DNA of 63,980 nucleotides, filler included, from Reclinomonas americana ATCC 50394 (Eukaryota): NCBI GenBank assembly GCA_048213135.1. It is 13 parts of 13 records of this genome, joined end to end, with 100 filler letters (N's around TTAATTAATTAA, not from the genome) between each part and the next. Parts side by side here need not be neighbours in the genome. Positions count along the whole stretch, not along the records: positions 37,827 to 53,875 come from AFZH01019823.1; positions 53,976 to 58,822 come from AFZH01019824.1; positions 58,923 to 60,283 come from AFZH01019825.1; positions 60,384 to 62,867 come from AFZH01019826.1; positions 62,968 to 63,980 come from AFZH01019903.1; 8 more parts are not named here. One strand, 5' to 3'. Shown piece by piece: positions 50,537 to 63,980 of this stretch (position 1 is its first letter; each line of letters starts with the position of its first letter). The notes under the pieces were generated by a model. It saw only the letters and a program-made list of their open reading frames with translations, ran no database searches and was not told where the DNA came from. The position numbers and the translations under genes were made by a program.

Positions 50537-53278
50537 TCAGTGAATCGGCGACACTGGCAGTCGGAAGGAGTCCACCGTGCTGCGCGCGGGAGCAGCTTGT
50601 GTGTCAGCAACTGCATCACGGCAAAACAGGAATCACTTGCACTTACATGCCGGGGCTCTTCTCCGGCACACCGCACGAGGCGGTCTCTCCCGACAACGTG
50701 CTGCCGTCGTACCCATTGTGCGCCTACTCATGTCATGTCACTACATGGCGCCCACAAAAGGAGACAGTGACACACGCACTCACCTCCACCAAGATTACGG
50801 GCGAGTCGGGATCCGTGTTGCCGGTGAACAGAATGGCGCGTGGCGATGATCCAATGTCATACGAGGCGTGCATCACGGTCGTGGAGCAGCTGGCCGATCA
50901 AGTCAGGTGCATCACTGCACAACACTCTTTTCCCACATTGTACATACCTCGACAATCCACCCGTCTTCTCCCGCGACGCCAGCGAGAACCACTCCTCGGC
51001 CGGCGCAAACGTGTAGTCCAACACATACTTGGTCGAGGTCGGTCGCTGGTCACACACGGCCGGCGACGCTTGCTGCACGTCGAGATGAGCACAATATTCC
51101 ACAAAACCAGGTGAGTACAGTTCTCTCTCACCTTGTTGTGGTCCTCGGAGTTCCAGCAGAACCCATCGTCGTTCACCAGCAAACTGCAGCAGGTTAAGAC
51201 CGTGTTCACACATTCACGCGCTCACAAGATCGCCTCACATGTACGGCACAGGCGTGCCGGCCACCGTCAGTGCCGTGCGCGCCAGGTGCACCGAAGAACC
51301 GACGCTGACCGCCACTGGCGCATCGACCACCGTCAACGGCGGACCAAGCGAGAGCGTGGCCACATGCAGCGTGCGACTCGCGTCCGTAAAGGCCACCAAC
51401 GCGCGCTGCTTGTCGGCATCTGTTCACCACCGTGAGTGCACACAACCACCCGACCCTTCTGTTCAAATAACAAACCAGCCGCCGTCACACTCGCCGACAG
51501 CACCGAGCCCGACGCCGCAATGCATTGCACGCCACCGGTCACCGACAGCGAGTACGTCTCCCACACGATGCGGATGGGCACGGCGCCGACCGCGCACGAC
51601 GGCGTGGACACCAGCGCCACAATGCCGCCCTCCGCAGTGACGTCGGCTGCGAGCAGCGCGTTCCAGCCGGTGCCCGTCAGCGCCCCGCACCGCCGCACTT
51701 GCGTGTCGTTGTGCGAGGCCATGCTGAACTCCACAAAGCAAAAGTTGACATTGGACGAGAGCAGCAGTGCCGTGTGGTAACTCGACGGTGCCGGATCCTC
51801 CACCACCATCGCCGCCATCGTGTCGTACATGCCAGTGAGTAGCAGTGGTGCCGTGGCATCAATAGACACTATGTGTATACAGGCGGCGGATAAGCACACG
51901 TGCGCACACCTGCTCCTTCTCCGCCTCACAACGCAACGAGTGCCCGGCCACGTGGCGATTCCGCGCTGCACCTCAAAGCCACTGGCGTGTCGGCACACCA
52001 GGGCCATATCGGCCGACGAGGTGGCGGCATTGGAACCGAGCAGCAGGGGGAATGGAGCGGAGCAGTCGGCAGCCACAGAGTGGTGCAGTCCGTACTGTGA
52101 GAGTGGACTCGAGTACGTCTGGAACATGGCCTGCGTGCGGGAGAGGAGGGGGTTGTGAGCGAACGAGAGCCCTTCTGCCTCAGCGCTCCCACGCAACTGG
52201 ATCAATGTTAATGGCAAATCGCAGGCCGCTCGGATGCAACAGCGACGGGTCCTTCATGTACGCCCGCGACACATTCAAGACTGTCGGCGCGCGTGGTGAG
52301 CCAACACCACCATGACAGCATTGTCGTCATGGCAATCACGCAACTGGACGACTCATCCGCCGGCTCCCACACCTGGAACGGGTACGTGACATTGGCGAAC
52401 TTGCCCCACTTGACATCGCGGAGGAGCGTCACAAACATCGACGGATCCAGCGGTGCCGTCGGCAGATTCAAAACCTTTGCAGAGAGGATGATGAGCAAGC
52501 TGGAGAGGCAGCAGCATGAGCTGGTGAGGGGAGGTAGCACACCTGGAATCGATCGTATCCCTTGGCAGCATCGTCGCTAAAGGCGGCCTCCCACGCATTC
52601 CCCGGATAGATCCACGTAGAAACGTACGGGCGATAAGCCTGCGCAAAGCACGAGGCCGCCGCTGATCCCGATCCGTCCATGACCAGCTCCACATCCGCAA
52701 ACGAGCTCGGCTTGCGCGCCCTTGCCTGCGTGAAAGCATCGACAAAGCGCTGCATTTCCGCGCGAAAGGCCACCGCGTTGGAGGACGACGTCGAGCACAC
52801 GTCGCCAATGCCTGTGTACTTGAAGCAGGCGGCCAGGGTCAACTTCGTGGCTCCTCCTCCGAGGTACGGCTGCATGTCCTGAGAGAAGAGGTAGGCGACG
52901 AGCTCGTCGGAGGTGTTGTAGCGTTGTGTGAGAGGAGTCGGCGTGTTGTGGATGAGCACAAAGCAGGTGGTGCGAGGGGAGAGGCCTTGATGCGCACAGG
53001 AGGCTGCGTCGTTGACGAAATGAAGATCCGCCTGTGTTTGAGTTGTGTGTGTGAGTCCTCTTTCTCTTTCTCTCTCTCTCTCTGTGTGCGTGTGTGACCT
53101 TGAGGTATCGTGCGCCCTTGATGAGCGCCTGTGGCCACTCGCGCAAGTCATCCCATGAGTGGATTTGGAAGTCGATTTGCGGGAAACGCAGTGGCGAACT
53201 CGACACCACCACGACGACACTCGTGAGTGACACGAGAAGTGCGACGAGAAGGAGAAGAACACGTGATCTCTGCTTCAT
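50537..53278 (-). CDS. Secreted PLC-like phosphodiesterase (PI-PLC-X/GDPD-type TIM barrel) with long C-terminal beta-rich extension
   Basis: Signal peptide MKQRSRVLLLLVALLVSLTSVVVV. Motif QIHSWDDLREWPQALIKGARYLK|ADLH...FVLIH resembles the H..GAR.LE.D.H...H pattern of PLC-like phosphodiesterases. Inferred last exon ...ITVDSFRLPVSPIH*. Confidence 0.6.
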
Positions 53279-53366
53279 GAGCCACCAAAATCAGGAGGGT
53301 TTTACAGCGAGGGCTCGCCGGGACGAGAGGAGGACGACGAGAAGGGAGATGCGGGGTGGGTGTCGA

Positions 53367-54177
53367 TCATGACCGCGACGCAGAGGATTGTGCGCCAGCG
53401 CCCGACACGGCTCCGGCCAGGTCGCGCAGATTGGGCGTGCTCTCCATGGGAGGCGGGGCGCGCCAGGCGCGGCGACCGCCGCCATTGCCGTTTCCACTGC
53501 CACTGCCACTGCCGCCTTCGCCGCCGTCGCCACTGTTGCGATCGCGCCAGTTGCCGCCACCACCACCCCGATTGCGATTGTAGCCGCCACCGCGGCCTCC
53601 ACCACCACCACCACCACCGTAGCCACCACCATTACCACCCGCACCCCGTGAGCCATCATCACCACCGTAGCCACCACCGCCACGGCCACCACCGCGACCG
53701 CCACCACCGCGTCTTGGGCGACCCGGTGCACCACGACCAAATGTCTCCATGTTGGTCGCTCGCTGCTCACGCATCGAGACGCGGCCATCGGTCTTTGTTT
53801 CGCAGCTGTGGGAAGGAGGACAGCAAGGCAGTGAGTTGAGTGAATGAAAGAGGAAGGAGACGCGTAAAAAAGAGGNNNNNNNNNNNNNNNNNNNNNNNNN
53901 NNNNNNNNNNNNNNNNNNNTTAATTAATTAANNNNNNNNNNNNNNNNNNNNNNNNNNNNNNNNNNNNNNNNNNNNAAACACAAACACAAACGAGTGAGCA
54001 AACCCTTCACACACTCGCGCCATTTCCCCACACCACACAAACCATCTTGCAACGCAATTGTGCGATCCTCTTGGTTGATGGCGTACAGCGTGCCCTCGTA
54101 GCTGATGCACGCATGATGATGGTGTGAGCAGACAACACACACACACAAAGAAGAAAAAAGCGCGCCATGAAGGACAT
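53367..54177 (-). CDS. Lsm14/Scd6-like LSm domain with RGG-rich tail (partial, spans gap)
   Basis: YEGTLYAINQEDRTIALQD resembles Lsm14 YEG.L..I......AL..V. A downstream exon reads GRGAPGRPRRGGGGRGGGRGGGGYGG. Confidence 0.6.
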
Positions 54178-54653
54178 GTCACCTTCGGTTTGCCCCTCCC
54201 TCTCTCTCTCTCGCAAACGCACACACGCGTAACACACTCACAGACAGAGAGACGCGCATTCACTTGCACGCACGCGCAAAGAGAGAACGCAGACGCGCAG
54301 ACACAAATGACCACAAAAGTCGCAATTTGAACCTGTCTCTCACTCTTGTACTCTCGCACTCTCTCACACACACTCTGTTCCCTCAGAGTGCACTCACCGA
54401 ATGCCACGATTGGAGATCAGTCGGATCGCCGACCTGCAAACACACACAAACAGACACAAAAGTGTCAACACACTCTTTCACACACACACTCTCCCTCTCA
54501 CACACACGCACCCGACATAAGGGATACTCATGAATGCGCTTGTGTGTGTGTGTGTGAGCGTGTGAGTGTCCGTGGACAATGCAACACCAGCGAGCACTGT
54601 CCGCCGCTGGACCTGGGACGATCATCACATTCACGCGTAAAGCGAGAGAAGTA

Positions 54654-57454
54654 ATGGGCCAAGACTTTTCCAACCCGCTGCGGTCTGTGCCTGCTTCCCA
54701 TACTCCACCTCTCACACAACACTCGCTCACACACACACACTCAGTGATCGCCTGTTCACTCGGGACTTGTCTCCGAGTGGTGATCTTCTGCTCGCGCGCG
54801 CCGGTCACTGTGCGGTGGCGCTTCAGCGGAGTGCCAGTCGACCGCCGGGGCATGTGTTTGTGTATGGTGGGCGTGTGGACGAGGAGGGAGGGTTTCGCGG
54901 AGATGCGGTCGTGTTGGACACAGGTATGCTTGCGATATATCTGTGCTGGTGGATTGCAATTAGAAAAGCGGACGGGGGGATGAAAGCGAGGGAGGGAGAC
55001 AGAAGAAGAGAGGCGGGTTTTGTGCGCACATGGGAGCTCTTTCGGAGGGGGGATGAGACATTGACAGTAGAAGAGCTTCCGATGCATTGCGGAGAGGTGA
55101 AAGCGAGGGGGAGGACAGATCAGCGAGTCGACCAAAGCAGTGTTTGCAAGAGCGATAACACAGAGAGACACCTTCAGCAGTGATCGTAAGAGAGAGGCAA
55201 GAGATGTGCGTCAGTGATTGCAAGAGCGATCGCCACAGCGAGACAATCACTTGTTAGATCGCGAGACCGCTTGCCAACGCAAAAGTGAGACGCGTTCAGC
55301 AGCGATCGTGGGCAGGTATCACCACGACTGCAAGAAAAGTAACAGCGACGAATCCACTTCACAGATATTGTGCACCATCGCACTTCTAATGACAGTGAGC
55401 TGTCCACTCCTTCCCCTTACCTCTTTCTCACCCACTCCTTTCCCCCCCTCCCTCCTCCCCCCTTCCTGCAGTCCGCAACGTGAGCACCCCTGTGCGCCTC
55501 ATCTCCACCACCAGTCACGGCGACCCCATGGCGGGCTGGCTGCCGGCACCGCGAGCGCGTGCGGCCATGGTGGCGCTCGGTGACGGCCGGCTCTTCGTGT
55601 TTGGCGGACACATCCTGGCGCCGGCGGCGCACGGCGCGTGTCGTGCCGGCATGTTCTCCTCGGAGGCGTTCTTTTTGACGCACAGGCCACGCGACGACAA
55701 TGGTGGCGAGGATGGAGAGGACGATGCCACAGAGGTGTGGGAGGTGACGCCGGTGCGGCTGCGCGGCGACCTGCCGACTGGTCGGTGTGGGCACACGTTG
55801 ACGCGCGTCATGGACGGCGGCGCGAGCGCGGGGGAGCCGGCGTTGACAGAAGTTGCCGGAGAATCACTGGTGCTGGTCGGCGGCTACTCAACGCAGGGCT
55901 TCTGCGACGATGCGTACATTATCGACCCGCTGGCCGGCACCGTCAAGAGGTTATCGAACGACCTGGCCGACGTGTATGGGCTCGATCGGCCAAGACCACG
56001 CTGCGGGCATGGTGAGTGTGCACGGAAAACACACAGAGAGATGATGAAGATGCAGCATGCTGACCTCTTCCTCCTCCGTCAGTGGCATGGATGGCATCGC
56101 GGCAACACTTGCTGCTGTGGGGTGGAATTCAGTCGAAGGAACCGTGGGGCGCCGAGGTTCGTATGTTTCTCCTTCTTGCAGCACCTCATCCACTTGCTAA
56201 TCCTTGCTTCACATACACAGCTGTGGGCGCTGAATGTGATCACCGGCCAATGGCGTCGTATGCAGAGCGACGCCCAATGCCCGATCGAGGCACTGGCATA
56301 TGCCACCGTGGCCGAAATCGGCGACCGCCAAGTGGTGCTGGTCGGCGGCAAGTGGCTGGATGGTCGCGTGAACGACAAGTGCCTGGTGTTTGACATGAGT
56401 TGCGCTCAAATCACATCGCGATATCTTCCGCGAAACAAATGCACTCACTCTCCACTCACCGGCAGAAACAATGGCGTGGCGCCGGCTGTCCATGTCGCCG
56501 TGCCGAGATGCCTGTGGCGTGCTGCCACCGGCATTCTCCGCCACCCTCGTGTCCACGCGTCCCGGTCGCTGTGTGATGATTGGAGGCACCAGCAGCAGCG
56601 TGTTCTGGGAGCTGCGCACCGAGGAACTCACCGAGAACGAAGTTCGCCTGCTGCACGAGAAGGCCATGCAGGCGCTGGCCACTGGCTTCAACGAGTGCCA
56701 CTCGGCGAGCGACGACTCGATTGTCACCATCACCTTCAATGCCGCCGAGTACTGCGTCGACACGACGGAGCCCGAGTGGCGCAGTCAATTGCGCCTCGCG
56801 TGTCGCACACCCACACAGCACGAACCAACTGGTTAGTGTCACCGTGCTCCACCTCCTCCCTCTCGTCGTCCTTGAGGAGATCCCTGACACCCTCTCGCAC
56901 ACACAGCCGTCAACTGCGCCAGTTTCGATCGGCACGGCCAGAATGTCGTGTGCACTGTGCGACCGGCGCCGCCAGATGGCCTCCATGCATATCGGCTGGA
57001 GGTTCTGCTGTCGCCCACCACACCATCGTCAACGTCATCCTTCACGGCCTCCAGCACCTGCAGTTTGGACTGGCCGCCTGCCGAGGACTGCGTTCCGGCA
57101 CAAACCGATTGCGGTGAACACGTCGACGTGGACGACGTGTCGACCCACCCCGAGGACCATCTGCTCGGTGGCGACGACGACGATGATGTGGATGATGATG
57201 ATGATGCCGCCTCTGTCTCCCAGTCCAGCACCGTGTACGGCTCCGAGGCACCACCACGCAGTGTGCTGTTCCACGGCGAGCTGGCCCCGAAAGACGATCC
57301 ACGACAGTGGCTGCGTGGCGAGTGGCGCTACTTTGCCATTCACTCCCTCGCCGATCGACGTATCACCGAGGTGCCGGCCACCAAGGCCAGCGCCCTTTTT
57401 GCTGCTGCTGCCAGCCAGCAGCACCGATCCGCCACGCCACACGTAGCCGTGTGA
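54654..57454 (+). CDS. Kelch-repeat protein, possible N-myristoylation (MGQDFS)
   Basis: Kelch repeats RAGHCAV...VFVYGG, PAPRARAAMVALGDGRLFVFGG, LPTGRCGHTL...LVLVGG, PRPRCGH...LLLWGG and VVLVGG; acidic C-terminal region. Confidence 0.85.
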
Positions 57455-57565
57455 GCATCCGCGCGTGATCAACCCCAAGTTTTGAGATTGCAATCTTCTT
57501 CACTCTGCGACGACGATATACCTACTAATACACAATGAAAAGAGAACACAACAGAAGCATCATCA

Positions 57566-58540
57566 TCACACCAGGCGTCCTGGCCAGTCAAAGTAGAGAC
57601 CACCGTCGGCTGTTGAGGGGCACAGTCAGTGACACAGGAAAGAGTGAAGAAGGGAGCACGGCTGGCGGGATACGCAACAAGGTCCGAGGAACGACGTGAG
57701 AACGAGAATGGTGTCGATCATGGACCACACGCCGAGACCGCCAATGGTGAACAGCTTGAGGAATCCGAGCCCGATGTATCCCAAATAGAAGCGATCGCCA
57801 CCAAAGCCGCCCAGAAAGAGGCTGTAGAAGATGGTGTTGACCCACGACTTGTCGGAGACGTAGGTGCACACCATTTTGCGGTCGTATGTGCGCGATCCTG
57901 CGCGTACACACAAAGAGAGACTGAGTCAGGGAGGCAGAGGCTTGTGTGTGGGAGAAGGAGGAAACGAACCCAAGCACAGTCGATCGTTCAGTGTCGTGCA
58001 CTCGGCAATGCCAATGTCCATGCCGGCCTTGCAGGTGGGCTGTGTGTTGGAGCAGCTGGCAGTGCCGGAGCCCAATTGCCAGCAGTAGAAGCAGTCGTAG
58101 GGGCGGGTGAAGGAGCGGGGGCCCTGTGGGAAGGAAGAAGGGGGGTTGAGGAAGGGATTGAGGAAAGGGAGAGAGAGGAAAGGGAGAGAGGAAAGGGAGA
58201 GAGGAAAGGGAGGGAGAGAGAGAGAGAGTAAAGGGAGGGAGAGAGAGAGAAAAGGGAGGGAGAGAGAGAGAGGAGGAGAGAGAGAGAGAGAGAGGAAGGA
58301 GGAGAGAGAGAAGGAAGGAGGAGAGAGAGAGAAGGAAGGGAGAGAGAGAGAGAGAGTGAAAGGAGGGGAGAGAGAGAGAAAAGGGAGGGAGAGAGAGAGA
58401 GAAAAGGGGGAGAGTAAAAGGAGAAGATGAAGAGAGCAAAAGCAACAGAAAAGTTCAAGAACTAGCAGAACAACAAGACAGCGCAGTCTCTCTTCCCTCT
58501 TGCTGTAGTCTCCTCACTCACCATTCTTCTTCGTCATCTT
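57566..58540 (-). CDS. TM2 domain-containing protein (TM2D/almondex-like), 5' end unresolved
   Basis: [49 protein letters not shown]...GP|ADG, with a Cys-rich ectodomain CFYCWQ...LCLG. Confidence 0.9.
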
Positions 58541-59444
58541 GTTCTGCTCTTCTCTCTCGCCGTTCTTTCTCAGTGTTGCTGTCAGCGTCCTCACTTGCCA
58601 TTGCTTCTGCTTGTGCCTCTTCTCTCTCGCCGTTCTCAGTCCTAGTGCTGTTCGCTTGTCTTCGCACTGCTGTCCATCTCCTCAATCGCCCTTCTCTGCC
58701 TCCCTCTCTCTCGTCACACTCGTCTCCTTCCCTGCGTCTCCGTTGCTTTCTCAGCTCTCTCTCTTCTTCTTCTCTCCGTCCCCCTCTCGTCCCGTTCCCT
58801 TCCCTTCCGTCTTCTTCAATCANNNNNNNNNNNNNNNNNNNNNNNNNNNNNNNNNNNNNNNNNNNNTTAATTAATTAANNNNNNNNNNNNNNNNNNNNNN
58901 NNNNNNNNNNNNNNNNNNNNNNAGTCGTCAGAAGACAATATGAGACAATGCGAGCACCACAATGCAAACAAAGGGTTGGTGAACGCGACTTCCTCTGCTT
59001 TTGTGTGCTCTCTCTGTGCTCTTCCTTGTTGTGCTTGTGCGGGCGTGTTAGTAGGCGTGTGGCACGGAGTTCATGAGAAGACAATGCAAGACAATGCGAG
59101 CAGGAAAAGACACAAGAGGCTTCGTTGAACGCGTCTTCCTCGTTGCTCCTCTCTCTCTTTGTGTGTCTGTCCTCTTCTTCTTTGCGCTCGTGTGAACGTG
59201 TGAATGCGAGTGTGAGGCGCGGAGTTCACGGGAAGACAATCCGAGACAATGCGAGCACCAAACGACACGCCGCACACAAACAAAGGTGACGCGACTTCCT
59301 CGTCCTCTGCTTGCTCTCTCTGTGTGTGCTTCTGTGCTCTTCCTTGCTGTGCGTTTGTGTGATCGTGCGTGTGAGTGTGAGCGTGCGTGCGTGTGTGTGG
59401 CTCATCTCTCACTCACACTTTTTTTACGCAGAAGAATCACAGTC

Positions 59445-62822
<3,378 letters not shown>

Positions 62823-62967
62823 GCACCGGTGTTTTCTTTTTCTTTTTGCTGCTGCTGTGAGGCGTGANNNNNNNNNNNNNNNNNNNNNNNNNNNNNNNNN
62901 NNNNNNNNNNNTTAATTAATTAANNNNNNNNNNNNNNNNNNNNNNNNNNNNNNNNNNNNNNNNNNNN

Positions 62968-63980
62968 GCGGTCGACGGACAGCGGTGCATCACCTCTGTT
63001 CTTTGACAAGACATTCTCCATCAACGAAGGTATTTTTTGTGTTTTGTTGTCTCTGCTGACAGGCGATCGTAGTTCTTATGCGGCACGTGACAGTAAATGT
63101 CGCACCGACGGACATTTCACTCTCGGCGACGACGTACACGCCACCGTCAACAGCCAATCTCGTGATTGGTAACCTGTCGACGACAGACGCCAACTCGGCT
63201 CAGACATTCACGTACACGATTGTGGGCGGAGCGAATGCGGCCATGTTCAACATCTCAGGCGCTCAGCTGCGCATCACAGCAGCGGGTGTCATCGGTGATG
63301 GGTATCAAGTGACCGTGCGATCGACTGACAGCGGCAGTGGATCGCTGTTCTTCGAGAAGACATTCACGATCAACGAAGGTGTGTGCTTGTAGACCTGTGT
63401 TGTGTGCATGTGCCTGGTAACTCATTGTCTAGAAATTGTAGCCAATGTCGCACCCACGGACATTGTGATATCGATAACAACATATGCGCCGTCGTCAACA
63501 GCCAACCTTGTTGTCGGTTCGCTTTCGACAACCGATGTCAACTCGTGTCAGACGTACACGTACACGATAGTGGGCGGAGCGAACGCTGCCTTGTTCAACA
63601 TATCGGGTGACCAGCTGCGCATCACTGCGGCCGGGCAGACGGGCAGTGGACTCGCAGTTATTGTGCGCACCACCGACAGTGGCAGCGGATCGCTGTTCTT
63701 CGACAAGGCTCTTGTGATCGACGAAGGTACTGAAACTTGTGTCACGTGTTGCTGGTTTATTGCATCAACAAAACCTTCTGCTATCTGTGAGTGCAGTCAA
63801 TCTCCCTCCGACGGACATTGCGCTGTCTGCAACGACGTATGCGCCCCCTTCGACTACCAATCTCGTGATTGGCAGTCTGTCAACGACCGATGCCAACTCT
63901 GCTCAGACGTTCACGTACACGATCGTGGGCGGAGCGAATGCGGCCATGTTCAACATCTCTGGTGCGCAGCTGCGCATCGC
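62968..63980 (+). CDS. Tandem cadherin-like repeat protein (partial)
   Basis: Repeats of about 95 aa, NVAPTDISLSATTY...IGNLSTTDANSAQTFTYTIVGGANAAMFNISGAQLRI...VTVRSTDSGSGSLFFEKTFTINE, each ending at a G|GT donor. Confidence 0.8.

Overview
This window is intron-rich eukaryotic (protist-like) genomic DNA. It consists of 13 contig pieces joined by 12 artificial 100-bp spacers (44 N, TTAATTAATTAA, 44 N). The OSBP-related gene, and probably the FN3 and surface-protein genes, read correctly across spacers, so the scaffold order is probably real. Conventional content: RCL1, an oxysterol-binding-protein-related gene, a TM2-domain gene, a homeobox gene, WD40 and Kelch proteins, an Lsm14-like fragment, a secreted PLC-like phosphodiesterase, a macrodomain protein, and several large surface proteins (FN3-like, EGF and cadherin-like repeats). 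The main find is a candidate toxin locus at about 19.7-25.5 kb. It holds (1) a spliced gene whose motifs match, in order, the actin cross-linking domain (ACD) of Vibrio MARTX/VgrG1 toxins and (2) a spliced gene for a secreted 407-aa protein. That protein has a signal peptide, an acidic pro-segment, a four-helix membrane-localisation-like domain and an HGT-type ADP-ribosyltransferase-like domain. The two genes are separated by a gap and the 3' end of an RLE-type non-LTR retrotransposon, and are followed by a small convergent orphan gene. All homology calls come from manual motif recognition against remembered family sequences and need HMM or structure confirmation. Exon boundaries were inferred by eye.
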